Source: an uncultured Oscillospiraceae bacterium (GTDB taxonomy: Bacteria; Bacillota; Clostridia; Oscillospirales; Oscillospiraceae). Taken from it: a stretch of 32,000 nt of DNA. This document shows positions 1 to 8,052 of this stretch, piece after piece. Within the stretch, counting starts at the first letter, position 1. Each line of letters starts with the position of its first letter. The position numbers and the translations under genes were made by a program. The stretch covers positions 1 through 32,000 of the forward strand of contig CAKUJA010000005.1 of assembly GCA_934661135.1 (NCBI GenBank), given 5' to 3'. The notes under the pieces are model-generated. The model worked only from the letters and a program-made list of their open reading frames with translations. It was not told the DNA's origin and searched no databases.

Positions 1-6
1 AACAAG

Positions 7-1899
7 GTGCTGCTCCATCCTGATGTGGAACGAGCGAAGCGGCTCTTGGCGCAGGGCAAGTTTCCGGATTACGAGGATATTTGCCGCGAGATTTTGCTGG
101 TCGAATACCCGGAGGAAGTCCCGCATGAGACTGCCGAGGATTTCGATGAATTGTCGTGGGAACGTGTTCTGGATGATGTGTTTGCAGACGACCCGGAAAA
201 AGGGATGGAGATGTGGCGGCGGCTTCTGGACATCGCAGAACCGTCTCTGAAAACCGACGCTAAAACTGCCGAAAAACTTCTCCCGGATTGGGATTGGCTG
301 GATTCTCCAACCGACGATCAGGCGCTTCCACTTTTGGTCGCGTTGGATGACGAGCGGTTTGTATCGCAGCTTTTTGAGAGCGCGTTCCTCGACAGATTGC
401 AGTTCAATGTTCTGGAGATCTGTCGGGATTGTGGGGAGGAAACGCTGGCGCGGCATTGTATGGACCTTGCACTGAAAAATCCTTGGCTGGAGGAGCGGTG
501 GAGGAAACGGTATACACAGGTCCTTGCGGCTGCACCTTCTTCAAAACGCACAAGGCCACCTGCCCGTGCACTTGCAAGACCGCCTGTCAGTACACCGGCA
601 AAGCCGGCTGGCGAAAGCTATTATCAGTTCTGCAATGTGCAGTTCAAGGAGGATGGAGCGGCGTATGCCTATCTGACCGGGGGAATTTCGCTGAAAGCGG
701 GCGATTTTGTAGTCGTTCCGATCGGCGATCATCAAGCAGAAAAGCTTGCTCGGGTGACAGAGGTGTTCGTTTGCAGCACACAGAATGCGCCATATCCGCC
801 GGAGAAGGCGAAATTTGTGCTCCGCAAGTCTGAACGGACAGCCTTTCCGGAACGCAAAAAGCCGCAGCATCCTGCTCCAAAGCAAGCAGACGTGTCAGCA
901 CCGACTGAATCGAAGCGCGCAGTTCCGCCTGTGCAGTCCGCACCGACCGCAAATCCGCAGAAGTCTGCGCCGACTGTACAATCGGCAATCACACCGCCGA
1001 TCGTCAGCCAGACGCCGACGGAGCCAGAAATAACCGAAAAGAAATCTACGCTGTCAAAGAAGCCGTTCCCGTTTGGGAAGCTCATCGCGGCAGTTCTGGC
1101 AGTAGCCGTGATTGCTGGTATCTCTGTTTCCGTCTCGAACCGCAACAAGCAGAGAGCAGCAGCTTATGACGCAGCCCTGCAAGAGCTGTCAAACGGCAAT
1201 TACACTTCTGCCGAGCAGGACTTCTCGGAGCTTTCCGGCTATCGGGATGCGACATCGCTGTCTGTCTACTGCAAATATGCCGATATGTACAAAGACAGGA
1301 CGGACTACGCAGGCGGGCAGGATGAACTTTCAAACATCACGCTGCAATATGACACGGGCTGGCAGCAGAATATTGACGCGCTGGAAACCCGCGTTAAAAG
1401 CTATAAAGCGGAGAAAGACGCCGCCGAGGAAGCCGAGCGTCAACGCATCGCTGCGGAGAATGCCGCGAAGCGGGAGCAAAGTCTGAAAGATCAGTATTCC
1501 GGAAAACTGCCCGTGGATGGTATGCCCGTGAGTTGCTTGAAGTACACGTCACTCGGATCACCCACCAAAACTGAAAAGTGTCAGTTCTATGACAGCATGG
1601 ATGTCCATAGGCGATACAAAATCCTGCATTGGTACAACAGTGAAGGACAGACCGTAGCATATTGTCATTCTCATCAGCCAAAGGGAGAGTATACAGAAGT
1701 CATTTATGCCTTTACATATTATGAAACGCCCATCGGACGTCCAAACTCTGCCTCTCCGTGGACACCACCGAGTACATCGGGCGGCAACAATTCCGGAAGC
1801 GTCCGCGATGACTACGATAATCCGGAAGACCTCTGGGAAGATAACCAAGATTGGTATGAAGATGAAGACGAAGCATGGGATGAGTGGGAGAATGGTTGA
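7..1899 (+). CDS. hypothetical single-pass membrane protein with acidic Trp/Tyr-rich C-terminal tail (5' end may lie upstream of the window)
   Basis: 630-codon ORF with the frame open back to base 1. Pro/Ala/Ser/Thr/Gln-rich linker, then hydrophobic helix FPFGKLIAAVLAVAVIAGISVSV, a Cys/Tyr-rich distal domain and the tail RDDYDNPEDLWEDNQDWYEDEDEAWDEWENG. No family recognised. Confidence 0.7.
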   Translation: MLLHPDVERAKRLLAQGKFPDYEDICREILLVEYPEEVPHETAEDFDELSWERVLDDVFADDPEKGMEMWRRLLDIAEPSLKTDAKTAEKLLPDWDWLDSPTDDQALPLLVALDDERFVSQLFESAFLDRLQFNVLEICRDCGEETLARHCMDLALKNPWLEERWRKRYTQVLAAAPSSKRTRPPARALARPPVSTPAKPAGESYYQFCNVQFKEDGAAYAYLTGGISLKAGDFVVVPIGDHQAEKLARVTEVFVCSTQNAPYPPEKAKFVLRKSERTAFPERKKPQHPAPKQADVSAPTESKRAVPPVQSAPTANPQKSAPTVQSAITPPIVSQTPTEPEITEKKSTLSKKPFPFGKLIAAVLAVAVIAGISVSVSNRNKQRAAAYDAALQELSNGNYTSAEQDFSELSGYRDATSLSVYCKYADMYKDRTDYAGGQDELSNITLQYDTGWQQNIDALETRVKSYKAEKDAAEEAERQRIAAENAAKREQSLKDQYSGKLPVDGMPVSCLKYTSLGSPTKTEKCQFYDSMDVHRRYKILHWYNSEGQTVAYCHSHQPKGEYTEVIYAFTYYETPIGRPNSASPWTPPSTSGGNNSGSVRDDYDNPEDLWEDNQDWYEDEDEAWDEWENG

Positions 1900-1969
1900 C
1901 ATTATCCTCTGACTTTGCAACATACAGAATCTTCAAATGTAGATAGACGATCCTCGTTCATAGAAAATG

Positions 1970-2006
1970 CAAGGGACATTCTCAGAAGTATAGAGAATGT
2001 CCCTTG
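1970..2006 (+). terminator. 14-bp stem hairpin downstream of the 630-aa ORF (terminator-like, weak T tract)
   Basis: caagggacattctc (1970-1983) pairs perfectly with gagaatgtcccttg (1993-2006) around a 9-nt loop. It sits in an AT-rich spacer. No clear U-run follows. Confidence 0.4.
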
Positions 2007-2079
2007 TATACACATCAAGCCCTTTTGCAAAGATATAAATTTCTGAAGGAAAGTCGATGAAATATAATCCGGTTGCGCA

Positions 2080-2109
2080 TTGACAAGGCTTGTCAACCTG
2101 AACTAGAGT
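2080..2109 (+). promoter_or_regulatory. putative sigma-A promoter overlapped by a perfect 8-1-8 palindrome (candidate operator of the XRE regulator)
   Basis: TTGACA (2080-2085), 18-nt spacer, TAGAGT (2104-2109). TTGACAAG-G-CTTGTCAA (2080-2096) is a perfect inverted repeat covering the -35. Confidence 0.45.
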
Positions 2110-2147
2110 ATAAACAGGATATGCGCATATCTGCTTGGAGGGATACC

Positions 2148-2981
2148 ATGAAAACAGCTTTGGCGGTGATTCGGACACGCTGTAACTACTCACAAACGGT
2201 CTTGGCTTCTGGGCTTGGTCTTTCGCGTCAGGTCGTCAGTGCGTGGGAAAACGGAAATAAGAAGATCCCCAAGGGACGGCTTACCGAACTTGCTTTGCTG
2301 TTTGGTGTCCCGGTAACGCTTTTAACGACGAAGGAACTTGACGTTGTTGAACGCTGGTGTGACAGGCCGGTGTTTCCCACGCAAAAGCAGGGACGGCAGG
2401 TGTTTTCGTTTGAACCGGTTGGAGAGAATCGGAACGTAATCCTGAACGAACCGTCAGCCCCGATGCCGGCGGTGCAAAGCAGAGATCTGATGCAGCGCAG
2501 AAACTATACCATGCGGAAGCTTGCAGCATGTACGCAGATTCGCGCGGAGCAGCAGACGAAAGATCTGAGCATCGCAGAACCCTGTATCACAATTTTAGAG
2601 CAGATGCGGCGGCTCTTTGATACGGCGTTGACCGCAGAACCGCGTGTTCAGGAACAGATTCTGCGGTTCGTGCTGGAGCAAATTATGCTGCTGTGTCAGG
2701 TGCTTTCCCCGGACGCGCAGGACGCTGCGAACCTTACAGACTGGCAAAGACAGCAGCTTCAGATGCTCCGAACCCATTGGGCCGCTATGAACCGTGAACG
2801 CAGAAAACGAGAACAAAAATATGCGATCACAGAAACAAAGGATATTAAAGAATGCAGTCTGACGGAACGGCTCAACACACTCTACCATCACGCAATGACG
2901 CAGGGAATGGATCGTCGGGATCTGCAGCTCTATCTGGAACGGATTTGGGAGGAGGAATATGAAAGAGCAGATGAGAATTGA
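2148..2981 (+). CDS. XRE-family helix-turn-helix transcriptional regulator with an unrecognised ~200-aa C-terminal region
   Basis: HTH_3-like N-terminus MKTALAVIRTRCNYSQTVLASGLGLSRQVVSAWENGNKKIPKGRLTELALLFGV. ATG 2148 follows GGAGG (2137-2141), so the upstream TTG at 2073 is less likely. The stop overlaps the next gene. Confidence 0.85.
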   Translation: MKTALAVIRTRCNYSQTVLASGLGLSRQVVSAWENGNKKIPKGRLTELALLFGVPVTLLTTKELDVVERWCDRPVFPTQKQGRQVFSFEPVGENRNVILNEPSAPMPAVQSRDLMQRRNYTMRKLAACTQIRAEQQTKDLSIAEPCITILEQMRRLFDTALTAEPRVQEQILRFVLEQIMLLCQVLSPDAQDAANLTDWQRQQLQMLRTHWAAMNRERRKREQKYAITETKDIKECSLTERLNTLYHHAMTQGMDRRDLQLYLERIWEEEYERADEN

Positions 2982-5238
2982 ATTACATAACGAAACAGAA
3001 TATACAGAGCGTATTTCATTTCAGGATATTTGGGCACACGCAAGTAGGCTGAAGTATGCCGGTTGCCGCGTGGCTGCAATCACAGACCGAAATTCGGTGG
3101 ATGGTATTCACATGGCAGAGCACGAGTTTATGCGGAGAGGAATCCAGCCAATTTACGGCGTAACGCTCAACTGCATCGATGTTGATGACCGCTATGATGT
3201 GGTATTGCTCGCGGCAAATCTGACGGGCCGTGACAATATTTTTCGTTTGATCGAACTGCTGGAGAGCAACCGGTTTTCGTTTGGGCGTGCCGTTACCAGA
3301 GAACAGCTGGATGCCCATCGCAAGGGAATCCTTCTGGGGGCGGCTGCAAAGAACGGTCAGATCGTTCGTGCCATTCTGCATCGGCGGGATCAAAGGTATC
3401 TGGAGACGATCACGCAAGACTACGACTATCTGGAATTTACCAGTGAACCTTACGATATTGCCGCGACGGTGGTTCATCTTGCCGCGCAGGGAAATCTGCC
3501 GCTGTGCGCCGTCCAGTATGCCGTGCTGAACGAGCCAAGTGTGCCGCTGGAGAAATATGCCTACCTGACACTCTGCCGTTATTACTGGCAGGAGGCAGAT
3601 GCACAGTATTTCAAAACGACAGAGGAGCTGCGCGAGGAAATGAACGCTCTGTATGTTCTGCCCGTGGAAAAGCTGGTCGGTCAAAAGGTCTTGTACGATG
3701 ATCCGCTTAGAATTTTTGCGCGCATAGAACCAATGCCGACGTTAGAAGAAATTCTTTGTACAAGCGACGTCTCTTTTCATGCAGCGCGTATGAAGGAACT
3801 GAACATTCGTGTAAATTGTGCAATGCAGGAAAAATACGGTACACATTGCCCGGCGCAGGTTTCAGAACGCGTTCAAAGGGAACTGACGGAAATCAATGCG
3901 CAAAAGCAGGCGCATGTGATGTTGATGCTTGCAGATATGGCAAAACAGGGCGGCAACTCACAGGAACATATGATGGTTGCCGGAGAATACGCAAATTTTG
4001 AAATTCTCTATCTGCTTGGTGTCACGGAGCTTGACCCGCTGCCGCGCCATATTTATTGCAGGGTTTGCGGGTGTTGGCTGGAAACACAGGCTGAGATCGG
4101 CGAGAGCGTTGCTTGCCTGCGCTGCGGACAGATGGCTGTTGTATCCGGACTGAATGTACCGTTGGAACCGATACACGCATTATTAAAAGACGGCGCACAC
4201 TTTGAGATTCGTGCCTCTTCTGAACGCATTTCACACTGGAAGCAGGAGCTTGAGGAAGCAAACTGTATTGTATTGCAGGCACAGATGGGAGATCAGAAGC
4301 CACAGGAAGCCAATATGGATGCGCTATATAATATAGCCGCAGAACTCGGGGCCGGGGAATGGCGTAAAGAGCGTGAGTTTACATATCGGTTAACTTCTCA
4401 TCTGCCGCGAAATCGGGACAGCGGCACATCACAGCGATGGCTGTTGCCGAATACGAGCGCGTCGGACTTTATAAAACATCTGCCAGCGCGAAAGATTGCG
4501 AAGAACATTTACCAGCTCGAAATGCAGCCGAGCTATGCGGTTGAATGTGCGAGTGTTTATCCGATTCCGAGCAAAACATTGTCATTCCTTGCGGCCTGCG
4601 AAAAGGCTACCGGTATTTCTGCAAGCGAGATCTTGCTCAACGCGCAGGAGGTTCTTGCATATATCAGAGCGGTTGTGCCGCGTGAAAAAGAGCCGTCGGA
4701 CGCTGCCGTGTATGCGCTTTGGGTATGTGGTTTCAGTCCGGAGGAACCGCATGAAGAAAATGACCTGTACCCATCGGTTCAGGCAGTTGTGCAAAAAATG
4801 CCGCTAAAGAGTTTCGCGGATCTGACGAGAGTCTTTTCGATGCAGCATGGAACGGGAACATGGAAAAACAATGCAGAAAGTCTTTTGGCTACCGGAGCAG
4901 CAACGACGGAACAGGTTATCACCTGCAGAGAAGATGTGATGGAATATCTGTTGGCTCGTGGGGTCGAGAGAGAAACAGCTTATGAAATGATGGAAGGTGT
5001 TCGCAAGGGGCGGGCAGATGCACTTTGGGATCCGAGCAATTCTTCTCCGGACGCCAAGCGACAGCAACAGATTTTGCAGGATTGTGGGGCAGAGGATTGG
5101 TTCATAGAGAGTTGCAGAAAGATAAAATATCTGTTTCCGCGCGCCCACGCAGCGGCCTTTTCTGCAAATTTGATCAGAATCATGTGGTATTGTATTCATG
5201 AACCGGAGTGTGTTGCGCAAATCATGAAAGAACTGTAA
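2959..5238 (+). CDS. PolC-like (DNA polymerase III alpha, Gram-positive type) degenerate paralogue: PHP-like plus Cys4 zinc module plus distal fingers region, lacking exonuclease, most of the palm and the C-terminus
   Basis: 759-codon intact ORF with GGAGGAGG just upstream. Segments collinear with PolC as recalled: IELHNETEY..AAITDRNSVDG..IQPIYGV, VVLLAANLTGRDNIFRLIELL, DYDYLEF, PRHIYCRVCGC..CLRCGQ..GLNVPLE, ITCREDVMEYLLARGVERETAYEMMEGVRKGR, CRKIKYLFPRAHAAAFSANLIRIMWY. 23-nt overlap with the XRE gene. Confidence 0.85.
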   Translation: MKEQMRIELHNETEYTERISFQDIWAHASRLKYAGCRVAAITDRNSVDGIHMAEHEFMRRGIQPIYGVTLNCIDVDDRYDVVLLAANLTGRDNIFRLIELLESNRFSFGRAVTREQLDAHRKGILLGAAAKNGQIVRAILHRRDQRYLETITQDYDYLEFTSEPYDIAATVVHLAAQGNLPLCAVQYAVLNEPSVPLEKYAYLTLCRYYWQEADAQYFKTTEELREEMNALYVLPVEKLVGQKVLYDDPLRIFARIEPMPTLEEILCTSDVSFHAARMKELNIRVNCAMQEKYGTHCPAQVSERVQRELTEINAQKQAHVMLMLADMAKQGGNSQEHMMVAGEYANFEILYLLGVTELDPLPRHIYCRVCGCWLETQAEIGESVACLRCGQMAVVSGLNVPLEPIHALLKDGAHFEIRASSERISHWKQELEEANCIVLQAQMGDQKPQEANMDALYNIAAELGAGEWRKEREFTYRLTSHLPRNRDSGTSQRWLLPNTSASDFIKHLPARKIAKNIYQLEMQPSYAVECASVYPIPSKTLSFLAACEKATGISASEILLNAQEVLAYIRAVVPREKEPSDAAVYALWVCGFSPEEPHEENDLYPSVQAVVQKMPLKSFADLTRVFSMQHGTGTWKNNAESLLATGAATTEQVITCREDVMEYLLARGVERETAYEMMEGVRKGRADALWDPSNSSPDAKRQQQILQDCGAEDWFIESCRKIKYLFPRAHAAAFSANLIRIMWYCIHEPECVAQIMKEL

Positions 5239-5333
5239 TTCGGCGTGCTGAGAGGAGAGTGCTACTACAGTTGTATGGGAAATGATAATATTTATGGAGG
5301 AATAAACCAATTTATGACAAGGAGAAACGGATT

Positions 5334-5477
5334 ATGGCTAAAACAAATCACCTAACTTTCAATGATATTGAATTTATTATGCAGATGTTAGAAAAACAGA
5401 AAGCAAGCACTACAGATCCGGCGGAGCGCCAAAAGATAGAAGAAATCGAGGAAAAGATAAGAAAGATTGCATTTTAA
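5334..5477 (+). CDS. small hypothetical protein (47 aa), AT-rich
   Basis: ATG 5334 is preceded by AGGAG (5319-5323). It translates to MAKTNHLTFNDIEFIMQMLEKQKASTTDPAERQKIEEIEEKIRKIAF and stops at TAA 5475-5477. It is below the ORF-track length cut-off and no family was recognised. Confidence 0.4.
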   Translation: MAKTNHLTFNDIEFIMQMLEKQKASTTDPAERQKIEEIEEKIRKIAF

Positions 5478-5551
5478 GCCGTTAGGTCAAAAACTTCCTT
5501 ATAACAGCACACTATTTGGAAGCAACTTAAAATATGGAGCAGATGCCCAGC

Positions 5552-5582
5552 GCAGATCCTGCTCCGCAATAGACAAAGAATA
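5552..5582 (+). repeat. 31-bp motif copy A (candidate att/arm-type site)
   Basis: gcagatcctgctccgcaatagacaaagaata. It is 27/31 identical to copy B and 24/31 to copy C. It abuts the terminator hairpin of the DUF6076-like gene. Confidence 0.5.
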
Positions 5583-5610
5583 CGCGGCCGGTGCATCCAC
5601 CGGCCGCGTA
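5581..5610 (-). terminator. intrinsic terminator of the DUF6076-like gene
   Basis: Perfect 13-bp stem tacgcggccggtg / caccggccgcgta with a 4-nt loop. On the minus strand it is followed by TTCTTTGTCT. It lies 4 nt after the stop codon. Confidence 0.7.
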
Positions 5611-5613
5611 ATT

Positions 5614-6573
5614 TTATATTTTTGAGTCGCGGAGCCACTGCTGGAATTGCTCCAGCGAGATGATCTCGCGGTCACACTTCTTCTTTTCTTCTCTGGCCTG
5701 CTCGCTCCACGCATAAAACTGCTCGTCGGTGATGCGCCCGGCTTTGATCCACGCGAAGCGCTTTTTGTACTCCTTGCGGTACGCCTTGAAAATGGGATCG
5801 TCGGTCTGTTTTTTCGTCCACTGCCGGAACGCGCCGATCTCGCGGCAGCGCTGCTCACCGTACTTTACCGGGCGCTCGCAGTACTCCGCACTCACGCGGC
5901 CGGTCTGCGGAAACCAGCGGCCGCAGTTCTTGCAGCGGCGGACAGTCACGCCGCGCTCAACGCAGCTTCGCAGCGAATAGTCGATCATGTCCCGCACGGC
6001 GGACGAGTATAAAACAGGCGCGCAGCGGCCCGGTTCGACCGGCTCGAAGCTCAGCGGGATCGGCTTAAATCGGAACAGCTCCGGATTTCTCGGCTGGTCG
6101 TAATGGTAGTTTTGCGCCGCCTGTTTCTGCGGCTCACGACCGGCGGAATCCACGTCCAGCACGCATTCCAAAAACTTCTCAACCTGCTTCCTTGTCTCTG
6201 AAAACTGTGTTACAAACTCCTTTAAGTCCAAAGCAATCGCCTGAATTTCCGCTTGATCGTAGCCATTTACGGAAAAACAGCCGAAGCAGCGCGTATATAA
6301 AATACGGAAATAAATGTGCTTCTCGGCCAGCACGCCGAGCTCCACCATCGCGGCTGTATATGCTTCACGGTCGCGGCTCTCAACGAAGCGTTCCCAATTC
6401 ACGCTGATGCGTTCCAGCATCGGCGTGATTTCTTTTTCGTCCAGTTCCAGAAACGTCAGCAGACTTTCCAAAAACGGAAGCTCCAGCTGCTTGGACGGCA
6501 GCCCCTGCATTCCGAACGCATCGTTTTCAAAAAATTCTTTCTCACCGGAGAAATACATCTTTGCATACCACAT
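5614..6573 (-). CDS. DUF6076-like protein typical of Clostridial integrative elements (Cys-rich C-terminal half)
   Basis: C-terminal CKNCGRWFPQTGRVSAEYCERP..CREIGAFRQWTKK..FKAYRKEYKKRFAWIKAGRITDEQFYAWSEQA pattern, recalled from proteins annotated DUF6076. ATG 6573 sits 6 nt after GAGGTG, so the GTG at 6582 is less likely. Confidence 0.8.
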   Translation of the reverse strand: MWYAKMYFSGEKEFFENDAFGMQGLPSKQLELPFLESLLTFLELDEKEITPMLERISVNWERFVESRDREAYTAAMVELGVLAEKHIYFRILYTRCFGCFSVNGYDQAEIQAIALDLKEFVTQFSETRKQVEKFLECVLDVDSAGREPQKQAAQNYHYDQPRNPELFRFKPIPLSFEPVEPGRCAPVLYSSAVRDMIDYSLRSCVERGVTVRRCKNCGRWFPQTGRVSAEYCERPVKYGEQRCREIGAFRQWTKKQTDDPIFKAYRKEYKKRFAWIKAGRITDEQFYAWSEQAREEKKKCDREIISLEQFQQWLRDSKI

Positions 6574-7020
6574 GGTCATCACCTCAAATATGGACTAATT
6601 GTAAATTATAAATGTAATAGTCTTGACAAATATACATCCCTATGTTACCTTAAAACCAGAAAGCTGTCTAAATCATTTTATCATAGTCTAACACCGCATA
6701 GACAGCTTGTCAACGGTAAGTTGCCCTGTACCTTGAAAATTTCACACCCATCTCCAAAGACGATACTCGCCGGGGAAGTATGCCGCGACGCTGCGAAAGC
6801 AGCCAGCGTACCAAGGCGAAGCCAACGCTGTGTGCGTCAACAAAAGGCCGCAGGGCAGGAACGGGTATGGAGGATGGTAACCGGAAAAGAAAAAAGCCGT
6901 CCGGCTGCTGCAACAGTCGGACGGCGCGCCGCGTTTCGGAAAACACGGACTGCAACTATGTTAACTTTAACAGAGAGACCTCCGAAACGCAAGTTTTTTC
7001 TCTGAAATTTCTAAAATCTG

Positions 7021-7254
7021 ATGGAGGTAAAAAAGACTTTGAACACATCAAGCATCAAGAATTTTGATGAGCTGTCGCTGTTTCTCTACGCGCAGCTCGT
7101 CTCCCGCACGCTGGGCGTTTCGCCGTCAAGCGCCTACGAGCTTCTGCATGAGGATGGCTTCCCGTCACTGCGGATCGGCAGCCGACTGGTCGTGCCGAAG
7201 GAGCAGTTCCGTCTATGGGTGGAGCGGCAGACAGGAGACGCACATGAAGAATAA
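7021..7254 (+). CDS. excisionase-type (MerR/HTH_17-like) DNA-binding protein
   Basis: 77 aa. LVSRTLGVSPSSAYELLHEDGFPSLRIGSRLVVPKEQFRLWVERQ matches the excisionase-family HTH pattern. An alternative in-frame TTG start at 7039 is possible. Confidence 0.75.
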   Translation: MEVKKTLNTSSIKNFDELSLFLYAQLVSRTLGVSPSSAYELLHEDGFPSLRIGSRLVVPKEQFRLWVERQTGDAHEE

Positions 7255-7693
7255 ATACTATACCTCGCGCGATCCAATCAAAAACTACTTTCCTCTGCCG
7301 AACGAAGTTTTCAATCTCGGTCTTTCGCCGGGCGCGTTGGCGGTCTACAGCTATCTGATGTACATTGAGGATCGGACGACATATCAGTGCCATGCAAGCT
7401 ACAAAACGATTGGTAAAGCCGTCAATATGAGCCCGAACACCGTGCGAAAATATGTGACCGAGCTGGTCGAACGAGGGCTGATTCAGACAGAGCGCACGAC
7501 GATTATCACACAGGACGGCCGAAAGCAAAATGGGAGCCTTTTGTACACACTCCTGCCCATTCAGTTCTCCATCCAGCAGTTTTATGAGCAAAAGCTCGCA
7601 AAGCTGGACGCGGAATGTGAGCAGGAACGCATCCGAAAGCGGTTGGAAGCGTTCCAACTGGCGCAGCAGGAAACCGCCCGTCCACCAGCGTGA
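7244..7693 (+). CDS. winged-helix DNA-binding protein, replication-initiator-like
   Basis: MKNKYYTSRDPIKNYFPLPNEVFNLGLSPGALAVYSYLMY..YKTIGKAVNMSPNTVRKYVTELVERGLI is a wHTH pattern common in element-borne Rep/DnaD-like proteins. ATG 7244 follows GGAG and overlaps the upstream stop by 11 nt. Confidence 0.8.
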   Translation: MKNKYYTSRDPIKNYFPLPNEVFNLGLSPGALAVYSYLMYIEDRTTYQCHASYKTIGKAVNMSPNTVRKYVTELVERGLIQTERTTIITQDGRKQNGSLLYTLLPIQFSIQQFYEQKLAKLDAECEQERIRKRLEAFQLAQQETARPPA

Positions 7694-8052
7694 GCCGCGT
7701 GTGGCGGCTGTGTCCGATTTTCCGGACACAGCCGGGCGCGTACCCACCGAAAGCTCAAAACCGGACGTTGCGCCGCCGTGCGGGAGCGTTGCGGGAACGC
7801 CAAGCACAGAAGAAGGACACCTGCGGGCAATTTCGGACTGAGAGCAAAGCCGCAAGCGGCGAAGCAGGAGAAAGCCAAGGTGTCGTGCGCGCACCTTGGC
7901 GAACACATCTGCCCGCAGTGCGGGCAGTTTGGGGCTTTCACGCAGGGGTCGTTGAGAGGGCAAAAACAGCCCCATTGGGGTCGGAAGCGCAAATAATCCC
8001 GCTGTTTCAAGGAAAACAGCGGGGTCACACACAAAATTGGAGGGAAATTAGC
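7694..8052. other. hairpin-dense noncoding region (candidate origin: oriT, ori or sso)
   Basis: Perfect stems: 7706-7733 (11 bp), 7874-7900 (9 bp), palindrome 7909-7927 (9-1-9) and 7998-8023 (10 bp), plus shorter ones at 7694-7708 and 7848-7860. The in-frame ORF extension across it is Arg-rich low complexity. Confidence 0.45.

Noticed and set aside
6316-7067. Plus-strand ORFs (229 aa, 95 aa) across the DUF6076 5' end and the intergenic region
   Set aside because: They have no RBS, odd composition, partial overlap with a better-supported gene, and they span promoter and hairpin sequences.
7064-7243. Upstream 60-codon extension of the Rep-like ORF
   Set aside because: It overlaps the excisionase-like gene in another frame and is Ser/Arg/Cys-rich. 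ATG 7244 has its own GGAG and the conserved wHTH protein starts there.
7690-8052. 121-codon N-terminal extension of the RHH-like ORF from GTG 7690
   Set aside because: It is Arg/Ala/Gly-rich low complexity. The region is packed with perfect hairpins. A strong GGAGGG RBS precedes the internal ATG at 8053.
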